Shown here: positions 8,670 to 18,138 of the stretch, in pieces
How positions within the stretch are numbered: position 1 is the stretch's first letter
Layout of the letters: every line of letters starts with the position of its first letter
From: Candidatus Hydrogenedentota bacterium
Lineage (GTDB): Bacteria > Hydrogenedentota > Hydrogenedentia > Hydrogenedentales > SLHB01
NCBI GenBank assembly: GCA_963745075.1
Contig: CAVUWV010000016.1
Span: 1-27,089 of the forward strand
Length of the DNA: 27,089 nt
Reading direction: 5' to 3'
Made by a program: the position numbers and the translations under genes
Notes under the pieces: model-generated
Told to the model about the DNA's origin: nothing
What the model saw: the letters and a program-made list of their open reading frames with translations, nothing else
The model's database searches: none

Positions 8670-10430
8670 TCAGCGACGATCTTGGGTGCGAGCTTTCAGT
8701 GTGGAAATGGCCGTATCGTAAACCGCGAGCACCTGGTCGCGTTCCGTGTCCGAGGTGAAGTCCCCGATGTCCGCGACCAAGGTCCGGTCCTTGCGCAACT
8801 CGTCCAACAGCGATTGCGCGGCATCCGGGTCGAAAACCGGCTCACCGTCGACATCCACGTATACCGCGCCGGTGTGTGCGAAGTACGGTTTGCCGTATTC
8901 ATTGAATCCGACGCCAAATTTTTCTGGGTTGTCGTAAGTTGCGCTGAATGGCGTGGCGCGAACGGCAAACCAGGCCGGGTCACCGGCGATAAGATTGCCA
9001 TGGAACTCGGCGATGTAGCGGCCGTCGTGAAGCACGGCGTTGGCACGCGCAACGACGTGCCCGTTACGCACCAGTTCAAGGTCGTTGAAATCGCCCCGGC
9101 ACTGGACCGACGCTACGATATTCAGCGCGTCGCCCGCGGTGGCATCGATAACAGACCCCGCCGGTTGGCCATTTACGGTGAATGCAATCAGCGGACCGTT
9201 CGTGATGTACGACCGCCCCGCGCGCAGACCTTTCAACCACCGTTCCTTCGTCAGCGGCTCGTCCACCTGCACGTAGGCCATGGCCATATCGCGGAAGAAC
9301 CAGTCTGTGCCCGTCGCCAGCGGCACGTGCAATCCCAAATTGAGGTAACGGTAAAGCGCGGACTCATACGTGCCGAGACTGCCCTGATCGAAGATCATCT
9401 GCACGTCGACCAGCCCTGCCACCCAGTTTGGGATGTCTTCGTAGCCCCGCGAGCCGTGACACCACAATACGGTGGCGTCTTGCGCGCGCGCCTGGACGAT
9501 CCCGTTCCGCAGTGGCTGGTCGTCGTTCGATTTGTGGGTAATGGCGTATCCGAGGCTGGCTGGAATGATGAGGTCCTTTAGTTCGAGAAACATGACGTGT
9601 CCATAGCCTTGGTTGTTCTTTTGGAAGTTGTGGCGATACTCCTCGCCGTACCCGAAGATGACGCCGCTGCGTTGCGAGAATCGCGCGAGGTCGTCGGCCG
9701 TGAACGTGTTGGAAATGTAGTGCGCGTCGGCCTCGGCCCGTTCCAGGTAGGAGAAGAAGACTACATCGAATCCGTCCGCCGTCGCCGTATCGCAGGCGTA
9801 CCGCTCGGCTTCATCGAGCGTCATTTTCTGCAAATGGAGATGCGCGTTGCCGCTGTACCAGTGGGCGTCTTGCGGAAGCAGCCGTTGGATTCGTCCCTCC
9901 ACCGTTGTCTGCGTCTTCCCTCGGAGGTCGATAGTATCGATAAACCGTTTCGAGTTGGGTCCGTGAAATGCCTCGATGGTGAGCGTTGCTTGTGGAACTT
10001 GAACCGTGCACTCTTCGGGTACAATGGACCAACTGTCCATGTGGGCGAAAGAAGAATCGCCGATACTTCCTGCGGTGAGCGCGGTGGATCGGGTCAACAA
10101 ATTCCGCAAGGCCACGCGCCGCCCATCTTGATCGTACATCCGAATCAGGGCTGGAACTGGTTCACCCGATTCGTTGTCGACAAAGCGAAGGTGCAACTTG
10201 CACGACTCGCGCCATTCGATAACCGGCTCAGCCGCGAGATCGATTCCCGAGTCGGGCGTGTTGAGGGGCGCCGCGATACTCCCTTCGAGCACGTAGGGAT
10301 GATCGTGTGCCGTAGCCGGAATCGCGATCAGGTTCGCCAGTAGGGTGATGAGAAGAATGAGTCGGCGCCGGTTCGCCCCGGTTTCGCGCGACGTATCCGA
10401 TTGTGCGCGTCCACGTGAAGTGCGCCCCAT
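8670..10430 (-). CDS. Secreted PHP-fold metallohydrolase, CehA/McbA family
   Basis: Signal-peptide-like N-terminus; WYSGNAHLH, GEEYRHN...GYGH, WCHG, ATGTDW and GRSYITNGP motifs. Confidence 0.8.
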   Translation of the reverse strand: MGRTSRGRAQSDTSRETGANRRRLILLITLLANLIAIPATAHDHPYVLEGSIAAPLNTPDSGIDLAAEPVIEWRESCKLHLRFVDNESGEPVPALIRMYDQDGRRVALRNLLTRSTALTAGSIGDSSFAHMDSWSIVPEECTVQVPQATLTIEAFHGPNSKRFIDTIDLRGKTQTTVEGRIQRLLPQDAHWYSGNAHLHLQKMTLDEAERYACDTATADGFDVVFFSYLERAEADAHYISNTFTADDLARFSQRSGVIFGYGEEYRHNFQKNNQGYGHVMFLELKDLIIPASLGYAITHKSNDDQPLRNGIVQARAQDATVLWCHGSRGYEDIPNWVAGLVDVQMIFDQGSLGTYESALYRYLNLGLHVPLATGTDWFFRDMAMAYVQVDEPLTKERWLKGLRAGRSYITNGPLIAFTVNGQPAGSVIDATAGDALNIVASVQCRGDFNDLELVRNGHVVARANAVLHDGRYIAEFHGNLIAGDPAWFAVRATPFSATYDNPEKFGVGFNEYGKPYFAHTGAVYVDVDGEPVFDPDAAQSLLDELRKDRTLVADIGDFTSDTERDQVLAVYDTAISTLKARTQDRR

Positions 10431-12239
10431 TCAACCGGACCTTCCGCTGTCGCTCACGGCAATGACTTCCAGCGGCGGCAGGGGTTCCGGCAAAACGCCC
10501 TTGGCCTTACGCCACATGATGACCCCTTCAAGCACCATCCAAACCTGCAATGCTTCCACAAACAACCCCACGCCGAACAGAAGCCAACTGTCCGCCTCGT
10601 AAAACTCTTTGATTTGGATGACAAGAGCCCAGGCCGGCAAAACCAGCATCAGAACGGTGGGTCCGACGAGGAACCACACCGGCTTGCCATGGCGGATCAG
10701 ATAGAACGCGATGACCATGAACGCCAGCCCGGCTAAGAGCTGATTGGTTGCGCCGAACAAGGGCCAGAGTATGAGTCCGCCGGTGCCGGGTACGCCCTTT
10801 GGGCCGGGGATGAGCGCAATGATCCCGCCGGTTACCACGGCGATGGTGGTTGCGACGTACTTGTTCGTCAACGGCGAAATCCGTAGGGCATCTCCCAATT
10901 CCTGGATAACGTACCGCTGAAGGCGCGTCGCCGTGTCGAGCGTGGTGGCGGCGAAGCAGGCTACCATCACCGCAATGATGCCGATTCCCACGGGACGCGG
11001 TATGCCGAGGGCCGCAATCATGTTCGCGCCGCCCTCGATGAACGCGCCCACTTTTTGGGCCAGGGTCATGGCCTGCCAGCTACCGCCGTAAAACCCATGC
11101 CACGCGTCGAACCCCGTCAGCACGACGCCGTTCTTCTCAAATCCCATACCCAGTCCCGCGCAGCACGCGAGGATTACCAGGACGGCGAGCACACCTTCCA
11201 TAAGCATGGCGCCGTAACCCACATACTGAGCGTCGGTCTCCGTCTTGATTTGCTTGGACGTGGTCCCCGACGCGACAAGACAGTGAAAGCCCGACACGGC
11301 CCCGCAAGCAATCGTAATGAACAGGAAGGGAAGAATAGGCGGCGCATCCGCTGGTACGTCGCTGCTCACGGCGGGCGCCACGAGCGCCGGGTGCGCGACA
11401 AACAGGCCCGCGACGAGCAGCACAAGGGCCACGAGCAGTTGGTGGGAGTTGATATAGTCGCGCGGCTGCAGCAGCATCCACACCGGAAGCACGCTCGCGA
11501 TAAAACAATACGCCAGCAGAATGACGGTCCAGATGACCACGCTGGATTTCATGGCGGCGAAGAACCCCGCGTGCGGATCGCCGAAGAGCGGGACATTGGC
11601 GCCAAACGAGATGGGCAGGTATTCGACGCCGATAATTACGGCGCCGTACAACACGGCCAACGCTAATAGTGACGGCCACAAAAGTCCACCACCGCGCCGG
11701 TAGATCCAGAATCCGACCAGCACGGCCAACGGCATCGCGATCCATACGGACAACACCGTCTCTGGATACACGGAGAAAATCGCCGCGATGACCAGTCCGA
11801 AGATGGCCAGCACGACCGTCAGCGCGAAGAACAGCACCAGCAGAAACAGAATGCGGGCCCGTTTGGAAATCATACGCGCGGCAACGTTGCCGATGGTTTG
11901 CCCCCGCGATCGCAGGGAAACCACAAGCGACCCGAAATCGTGCACCGCACCGATAAAGATGCACCCCACCAAAACCCACAGGAGTGCCGGCAGCCAGCCC
12001 CAGAACACGGCGATGGCCGGTCCCACGATGGGTCCGGTGCCTGCGATCGAAGTAAAATGGTGGCCGAAAACGACGCTCCGCTGGGTCGGCACAAAGTCTA
12101 CGCCGTCTTGCAGTTGTCGCGACGGCACTTCGGCATTGGGATCCAAATCGAAAATCTTTCGCGCCAGGAAGCGGCCGTACGTGTTGTACGCTACGATGAA
12201 CCCGAAGAATGACAATACCGCGACAAGAAGCGTTCCCAT
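10431..12239 (-). CDS. cstA: Carbon starvation protein A family transporter
   Basis: DGVDFVPT, FGHHFTSIAGTGPIVGP, LLQPRDYIN, FITIACGAVSGFH, TTLDTATRL and LWPLFGATNQLLA motifs; many TM helices. Confidence 0.95.
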   Translation of the reverse strand: MGTLLVAVLSFFGFIVAYNTYGRFLARKIFDLDPNAEVPSRQLQDGVDFVPTQRSVVFGHHFTSIAGTGPIVGPAIAVFWGWLPALLWVLVGCIFIGAVHDFGSLVVSLRSRGQTIGNVAARMISKRARILFLLVLFFALTVVLAIFGLVIAAIFSVYPETVLSVWIAMPLAVLVGFWIYRRGGGLLWPSLLALAVLYGAVIIGVEYLPISFGANVPLFGDPHAGFFAAMKSSVVIWTVILLAYCFIASVLPVWMLLQPRDYINSHQLLVALVLLVAGLFVAHPALVAPAVSSDVPADAPPILPFLFITIACGAVSGFHCLVASGTTSKQIKTETDAQYVGYGAMLMEGVLAVLVILACCAGLGMGFEKNGVVLTGFDAWHGFYGGSWQAMTLAQKVGAFIEGGANMIAALGIPRPVGIGIIAVMVACFAATTLDTATRLQRYVIQELGDALRISPLTNKYVATTIAVVTGGIIALIPGPKGVPGTGGLILWPLFGATNQLLAGLAFMVIAFYLIRHGKPVWFLVGPTVLMLVLPAWALVIQIKEFYEADSWLLFGVGLFVEALQVWMVLEGVIMWRKAKGVLPEPLPPLEVIAVSDSGRSG

Positions 12240-12377
12240 TCACAACATCTCCAGAATTGCCCCATCCGCAGCTTAGAAGTATCGGAAACTCAAGACGAGA
12301 ATTGCAAGAAACGCTTCGAATACAGCGCGAATGAGAGCATGTTGAACCGCGCCCATCGCGCTGAAGAGAAATACGGC

Positions 12378-13220
12378 CTACGGGCTCACCGCGTTCACGA
12401 CCTCCGCCCAGGCCCGGCTGGCGGGAAAATCGCCCGGGTATTTCACGAAGCTTACGTGTCCGTCCATGTAGAGCACGTTTGCGCCGCCGGGGAGGTGATT
12501 GAATTCCGTGGGATCGAGGTCGACCCGATCGAACATCATCGGGATCTCGGACTGTGACCGGGCCGTTGCCGACGGGTTATTGATGTCCTTGATAAAGAAT
12601 CGCTCGATGCCTTCCCGGAGACGGAGCACGTCCTGCGTGTTGCCATTGTCATCGATGAAGCTCCAGTCGCTTTCGAAGGCGTCGACCGGCTGATTCAGCA
12701 GGATGTCCGTGAAGGCGGCGTAAAAAGCGGGCGACATATCCCGGGTCGCCGGATCGGCCAGGTATTCCGTGCGCAGAATCCACCCCAGATAGATGTAGGA
12801 TAGCTGATCGAATAGACACGGATTTCTTGAACCGCCAGCGCGGGTTCCGTTGGGACCGTCCGGCCGGTTCCACCGTCCCAGGTCGTATTGCTGCTGTCCG
12901 TTGGAGTCAGACGGACATACCAGCACGCGCGCGTCGGAAAGGTACTCAGGATACATACTACGTCCATCGAACATAAGAAAACTGTCGTTGCGCACGTCGC
13001 AGTTTTGGCCGACAAATTTTTGAATTGGCGGGTAGTTCTCGTTTGATTCCCCGGCGTACATCTTGAGCGATAGCCCCAACTGCCGGAGATTATTGACGCA
13101 ACTGACGCGCCGGGCCGCCTCGCGGGCGCGGCTCAGCGCCGGGAGCAACATGCCTGCCAGAATGCTGATGATGGCAATCACCACCAGCAACTCGATCAAC
13201 GTAAATCCACGGCGAACCAC
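12378..13220 (-). CDS. DUF1559 prepilin-type N-terminal cleavage/methylation protein with H-X9-DG C-terminal motif
   Basis: [42 protein letters not shown]-terminal [17 protein letters not shown]. Start may be GTG 13220 (GGGG upstream) or GTG 13253. Confidence 0.9.
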   Translation of the reverse strand: MVRRGFTLIELLVVIAIISILAGMLLPALSRAREAARRVSCVNNLRQLGLSLKMYAGESNENYPPIQKFVGQNCDVRNDSFLMFDGRSMYPEYLSDARVLVCPSDSNGQQQYDLGRWNRPDGPNGTRAGGSRNPCLFDQLSYIYLGWILRTEYLADPATRDMSPAFYAAFTDILLNQPVDAFESDWSFIDDNGNTQDVLRLREGIERFFIKDINNPSATARSQSEIPMMFDRVDLDPTEFNHLPGGANVLYMDGHVSFVKYPGDFPASRAWAEVVNAVSP

Positions 13221-13259
13221 AAGTCGTTTTCCCCGTTCTGCATAAATACGCACACCTTC

Positions 13260-13288
13260 ACCCTACGCGAAATACGTTTGTGTAGCAA
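13260..13288 (-). promoter_or_regulatory. Candidate sigma70 promoter for the DUF1559 gene
   Basis: Minus strand TTGCTA, 17 nt, TAGGGT. Confidence 0.35.
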
Positions 13289-13373
13289 GCCTATTGCGCA
13301 GCAAGAAGTTGGTGAAGCGGAGCGAATGCAGATTATCAGGGATCGAACGCGCGAGGAATCCGCCGTTGCGCTC

Positions 13374-14630
13374 TCACACATTCCGTGAGATCGCATGGAC
13401 CAGCAACGACTGCTTCCCTTTTTCTCGGAGAGATTCGTCGAGAAAGGCGATCTCATCCTCGTCCACGATTGTGTACGGAAACTGCCGAACGCCCTTGTTG
13501 TCCAACTGAAAGACCATCGACTTTTCGAAAGGTGTCTTTCCCGCGGCTATGACTTGGCAGCCCAGCGATACATTGGGTTTGAGGGGAGTGTCGCTCGTGA
13601 TCGTCCGCTTCGCATAAGCCGAGTGAATGTTTGCGCCGGTGATTTGGTACTCGCCCTCCATCTCCACCCGCGTACCGTCGGCGCTGCCCCCCTTCAACCG
13701 ATATCCGGGATCCTCGCCGCGATGGAGACCGCGGACGTACGTGACCTGTTTCGAGTCGAGTCGGCCGACGCCGCGTTCGTCGCTACTGGATTCGGTTGTC
13801 ATGCGGTATTCGTACACCTCGAATTCCCCGTCCTTATTCCCGAGAACGACGAATAGGGTGTCGTCGTATCGTTGATTGGTGTTTTCGTGCAGACCGTCGG
13901 CGAAATCCAGCCCCCGCACCGCGAGGGCGTTGGCCGCGCGGCCGGAGTCCATGGAATCCACCCATTCGCCGCCTTTGAGCGTCACGACGAGCCTTGCCTC
14001 CATCGCGATAGCGCTGGCTTCCTCGCCCTGGTAGTGCCGCAGGAATTCTGTCGACTCCTGCGGTACAATCGAGGTAGGCACATCGGTGTACAAGGCCAAG
14101 GTCAAATCCTCTTCGCCCACCAGCGCGTGCATTTTGGCGCGGTTGGCCGGTAACGTAAGCTTGCGGAGTTCCCGCGTTTCCACGGGCACGGCAACTTCAA
14201 CGACATTCCCATCCTCGTCGATTGCTTCGAGTGGAACGGACTCGGTCTTTAGGGCTGCGCTGACGCCAAAGTCCTTCTCGATTCGCGTCATCAAATCCGA
14301 TTGAACCCGCTGGCGGAACTGCTTCACCAGTTCCCGGCCACGTTCCGCGAGTTGTTCCCGGGGAATCCGAGTACGGGAACCGCTTCGGTGGGTATTACCG
14401 GACCGCTCTTCACTCGAGCGCGATTCGTACTCTTGGATCCGTTCGTCCAAGTACTTGCGAATCTCCTGGCGCAGTTCATCAACGCTCAACTCGGACATTC
14501 GCGGTTGGTCCTTAACCGGTTCGGGCTTGAGGCCGTCCACTGTCCTCTTATGGGTACTTGCGCAATTCGTCAGCAAAAACACGAGAATGAGGAGTAAGAC
14601 TAAGGCCCAACTACGCCGATAAGTTTCCAT
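13374..14630 (-). CDS. Hypothetical lipoprotein with a C-terminal L,D-transpeptidase(YkuD)-like His/Cys motif
   Basis: Lipobox-like FLLTNC after a hydrophobic stretch (start METYRR at 14630); charged helical middle; C-terminal YDD...TTE...GLHRG...NIH...SLGCQV. Confidence 0.6.
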   Translation of the reverse strand: METYRRSWALVLLLILVFLLTNCASTHKRTVDGLKPEPVKDQPRMSELSVDELRQEIRKYLDERIQEYESRSSEERSGNTHRSGSRTRIPREQLAERGRELVKQFRQRVQSDLMTRIEKDFGVSAALKTESVPLEAIDEDGNVVEVAVPVETRELRKLTLPANRAKMHALVGEEDLTLALYTDVPTSIVPQESTEFLRHYQGEEASAIAMEARLVVTLKGGEWVDSMDSGRAANALAVRGLDFADGLHENTNQRYDDTLFVVLGNKDGEFEVYEYRMTTESSSDERGVGRLDSKQVTYVRGLHRGEDPGYRLKGGSADGTRVEMEGEYQITGANIHSAYAKRTITSDTPLKPNVSLGCQVIAAGKTPFEKSMVFQLDNKGVRQFPYTIVDEDEIAFLDESLREKGKQSLLVHAISRNV

Positions 14631-14756
14631 CTCCTTCAACCTCGGCTCTCGCGACGATACGAAGCGAGTCAGCTCCCGGCTGACTCGCACTGAGAATATA
14701 CTTATTCAAAGCGGTTTACGACAACGTTTCCGTATATTAATAATCCGAGCAGGCCC

Positions 14757-14785
14757 TTGATTGTCATCGCTCGCGGTAGTACCAT
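14757..14785 (+). promoter_or_regulatory. Candidate sigma70 promoter for the GH2 gene
   Basis: TTGATT, 17 nt, TACCAT, ending 27 nt before the ATG in an AT-rich divergent intergenic region. Confidence 0.4.
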
Positions 14786-14812
14786 CCTGGCGTACGCTTC
14801 CAGAGAGCAATC

Positions 14813-17800
14813 ATGGAAACCACCCGCATTTTAAAATCGTTGGACGGTCCCTGGCGCTTGGTGCTCGACCCCGAGGACATCGGCAAATCGCGCCACTGGG
14901 AGTCTGACACGGATCTGCCCGAAGCCGTCGAGGTGCGGGTGCCGAGCGTGTGGGACCGGTGGGTGCCGGATTACGACGGCGTCGGCTGGTATTTTCGTAC
15001 CTTCGAACTCGATGAATCCTGGTCGGGAAAGCATATTACCCTTCACTTCGAGGCCGCCGATTATTACGCCGAAGTCTGGTTGAACGGGACCCCCGCCGGC
15101 GATCACGAAGGTGGCTATACGCCGTTCTCCTTCGACGTAACAGAATCCGCCGTCGTTGGGAACAACCACATTGCGGTGCGCATCGTCGATCCCCACGGTC
15201 CCGAAGGGTACGGCAGTTTTCGTCCAAAAGAGATTCCCTGCGCGAAAGAAAATCACTACTACTCGTTTGCGGGAATCTGGGGAAGTGTCTCACTATTGGC
15301 ACGCGACGTAGCGCACATCACGGACGTCTGTGTCCAGCCGGATATCCGTCGCAAGCGCGTTACGGCAACCATCGTGACATCACAACCGGGGACCGTGCGA
15401 CTGCGTATCGCCGGCACAGAGAACGTGACCGAGGGGGAACCCGGCCGTCAGGTGGTTGGTTTTCCGGGATTCTCACCTTGGTCGCCCGATTCGCCAGTAC
15501 TTTACACGTTGGAGTGCGAACTCATTGTGGATGGTTCCGTCGTGGATGCGACATCCGTTCGGTTCGGCATGCGCGAATTCACGGTGCGGGACAACCGGTT
15601 CTGTCTAAACAACAAGCAGTTGACGATCAAAGGCGTGTTGCACCAGCCCGACTACGCCCGTTCGCTTGCCGCTCCCGAATCGCCGCAATTCGCGCGTAAC
15701 GAATTGGAGCTTGCCAAGGCGGCCGGATTTAACCTCATCCGTATGCACATCAAACCCGCGCCCACGATTACGCTCGACCTGGCCGATGAGCTGGGATTGC
15801 TGGTCTATGAGGAGCCGGCAATCGGATGGATCGAGCGGTCGCCGTTCCTGAAGGAACGGTGTGAACGCGAAGTGCGCGAGATGATACTGCGCGATCGCAA
15901 CCATCCCAGTGTGGTCATCTGGGGCATGCTGAACGAGTCCGGGAATGCCGACTACGTCGTCAATAGCGGCGCCCAGACCATCAAGGACGATTTGTGCCGA
16001 CTGGCGCGGGAACTGGATCCCAGCCGGGTCATCATCGACGACTCGGGCGGCATCAACACAACCCGGGAACCGTCACGCTACCTGCGACCGTATCAGGACA
16101 CGTTTGAAACCTTCGACGATCTGCACATTTACCAGCGGGGACCGGTCGATCGCGAAATCGCCTTGTACTATGAACACAGCGGCGATCCAAACCGGCTGGC
16201 GTTTATGTCGGAGTTCGGTTTCGGCGGAATGGAGGATCTCCCCGATGTCGTCGCCCAGTACGGCGCCGACGGCCAAACGTCGAAAGACGCGCGTTTTCTA
16301 CAGGGAACGCTCGACGCCATCAAGCCTGGATTCACGGAACGAAACCTGGATCGCGTTTTCGGAGACTTTTCTGCGTTCACCGCTGCCGCCCGGGAATTGC
16401 AGTGCGACGCCCTGAAACATCAGGTCCAAGCCTTGCGATTAAACGGTAAGCTCGGCGGCTATTGCATGACGCAACTCTGCGACGCCGGCCATGAATTTGG
16501 CGCGGGCGCCCTGGACCGATGGAGACGTCCCAAGCCGGTTCACACAGCGCTCAAAGCTGCCCAGGCCCCCTTACTTCCCGTGATTCAGATTCCCAAAACC
16601 AACCTGGTTCCGCGGGAAGAGGTGCACGTGACCGTAATGCTCGTGAACGATGAGCGCATCGAGACCCGCGCCGATTTGTCCCTCCAGGTGGTCGGACCGA
16701 CCAACCAAGTGTTGTGGAAGAAGAAACGAAACATCAAGGTTCCCCGGACCAGCAAAGAGATCTGGAGCGGAACCATTTCCGCGTCGGGGTCCGCGGGCAC
16801 GCATCGCTTTGTCGTGCGTCTCATGCAAGGGCACAAGGTGATCGGGCAAAACGCCGTCGACATCCACGTGGTCGAGCCGATTCAATCCTGCGACGTGGAC
16901 GTGCATGTGGTGGATCCGAATGGAGAATGGACCAAACAGTGCCTCGACCTCGCCAAGCCGGGGGAATTGAAAGCTTCGATGTACGTCGTGCCGCCGCTCG
17001 GCAATACGATTCGCGGCTATCCCGAAGACGAACTCGGTCTTGTCTTGGCGGAAGTTCGCGGCGGTGCGGTAGCCCTTGTCTTTGCCCCTCCCAGCGATTG
17101 GAACGAATTTGCACAACGGGTGGATGATTCCGTCACGGCTACCAGCAAAGACGCCGTAGGCGCGTTCATGGGGGTGTACCATTACGTCAAGATTCACCCC
17201 GTATTTGACGGTTTGCCCGCACGGTGTCTCATGCGTCAACCATACCGGAACGTGGTCCCGCCGAAGACCTTCACCGAAACCGGCGACGAAGACATTTGCG
17301 GCTCCTTTGACATGAGCCCGGCCGCGTCGGGCAGTTACGGCATCGAAACCGCCGCGTGGTGGGGTAGCGATATCCTCGTGCGCCGGTATGGGAGCGGCCG
17401 CATCGTCTTCACGCATCTGCGCGTGCTCGAAAACCTGGGCCGGGATCCCGTGGCGGATCGCATCTTCGTCAACATGTTGCGCCATTTCTCGCGCCGCTCC
17501 GTTCCGTCGGACGAGACCCTGCCGGCGCCGCAGGAGGCCATCGACTGGTTGCGGCGCGAAAAGCTGCACCGCGTGCGCCAGTGGATGGTTATCGGCATGT
17601 TCCCGAACTGGAGCGGCAAGGGGCACGAAACGGCGTATCCACCGGAAAAGTCCATCGATCTCGACGCAACCTATCCGGGTTGGTACCGGGCCATCGAATG
17701 GCAGCGCTGGTACAGCCTCACGGACTACGGCCATCAGATTGATTTGCAGGCCGCGTTCACGCCAATCCACGAATACTACCCGCGCTTCGACTACGGAACC

Positions 17801-18082
17801 GGGTATGCTTACGCCGAGTTCAGTTCCGCCGCGCGTCAGGCCGCAACTATCCATCTCCGCGTGCAAAACGCCACGAAGGTGTGGCTCAACGGGGCGCTCG
17901 TCCACGAGAGCACAGATCACTTGCCGTATCAGGAGTTTGCCGATCACCGGATTTCCGTGAATCTCCGGCAGGGTCGAAACACGGTCCTGGTCAAGGTTTC
18001 CAAGATCCCGGGCGAGTTTCAATTCTCCCTTGACTTGGAATCGGCGACTCGCGATCCGCTTCACCTGAAATGGTGGAAGTAA
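14813..18082 (+). CDS. Glycoside hydrolase family 2 (beta-galactosidase/glucuronidase-like) with extended C-terminal domains
   Basis: YDGVGWY, HEGGYTPF, WSPDSPVLY, RFGMREF and GFNLIRMH motifs; RDRNHPSVVIWGMLNE (acid/base) and MSEFG (nucleophile); no signal peptide. Confidence 0.92.
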   Translation: METTRILKSLDGPWRLVLDPEDIGKSRHWESDTDLPEAVEVRVPSVWDRWVPDYDGVGWYFRTFELDESWSGKHITLHFEAADYYAEVWLNGTPAGDHEGGYTPFSFDVTESAVVGNNHIAVRIVDPHGPEGYGSFRPKEIPCAKENHYYSFAGIWGSVSLLARDVAHITDVCVQPDIRRKRVTATIVTSQPGTVRLRIAGTENVTEGEPGRQVVGFPGFSPWSPDSPVLYTLECELIVDGSVVDATSVRFGMREFTVRDNRFCLNNKQLTIKGVLHQPDYARSLAAPESPQFARNELELAKAAGFNLIRMHIKPAPTITLDLADELGLLVYEEPAIGWIERSPFLKERCEREVREMILRDRNHPSVVIWGMLNESGNADYVVNSGAQTIKDDLCRLARELDPSRVIIDDSGGINTTREPSRYLRPYQDTFETFDDLHIYQRGPVDREIALYYEHSGDPNRLAFMSEFGFGGMEDLPDVVAQYGADGQTSKDARFLQGTLDAIKPGFTERNLDRVFGDFSAFTAAARELQCDALKHQVQALRLNGKLGGYCMTQLCDAGHEFGAGALDRWRRPKPVHTALKAAQAPLLPVIQIPKTNLVPREEVHVTVMLVNDERIETRADLSLQVVGPTNQVLWKKKRNIKVPRTSKEIWSGTISASGSAGTHRFVVRLMQGHKVIGQNAVDIHVVEPIQSCDVDVHVVDPNGEWTKQCLDLAKPGELKASMYVVPPLGNTIRGYPEDELGLVLAEVRGGAVALVFAPPSDWNEFAQRVDDSVTATSKDAVGAFMGVYHYVKIHPVFDGLPARCLMRQPYRNVVPPKTFTETGDEDICGSFDMSPAASGSYGIETAAWWGSDILVRRYGSGRIVFTHLRVLENLGRDPVADRIFVNMLRHFSRRSVPSDETLPAPQEAIDWLRREKLHRVRQWMVIGMFPNWSGKGHETAYPPEKSIDLDATYPGWYRAIEWQRWYSLTDYGHQIDLQAAFTPIHEYYPRFDYGTGYAYAEFSSAARQAATIHLRVQNATKVWLNGALVHESTDHLPYQEFADHRISVNLRQGRNTVLVKVSKIPGEFQFSLDLESATRDPLHLKWWK

Positions 18083-18138
18083 TCGGCATCCTGCGCTAAG
18101 CTGGTTCGGTTGCCGAAGAACGCAGAGGAGATGCGTTT

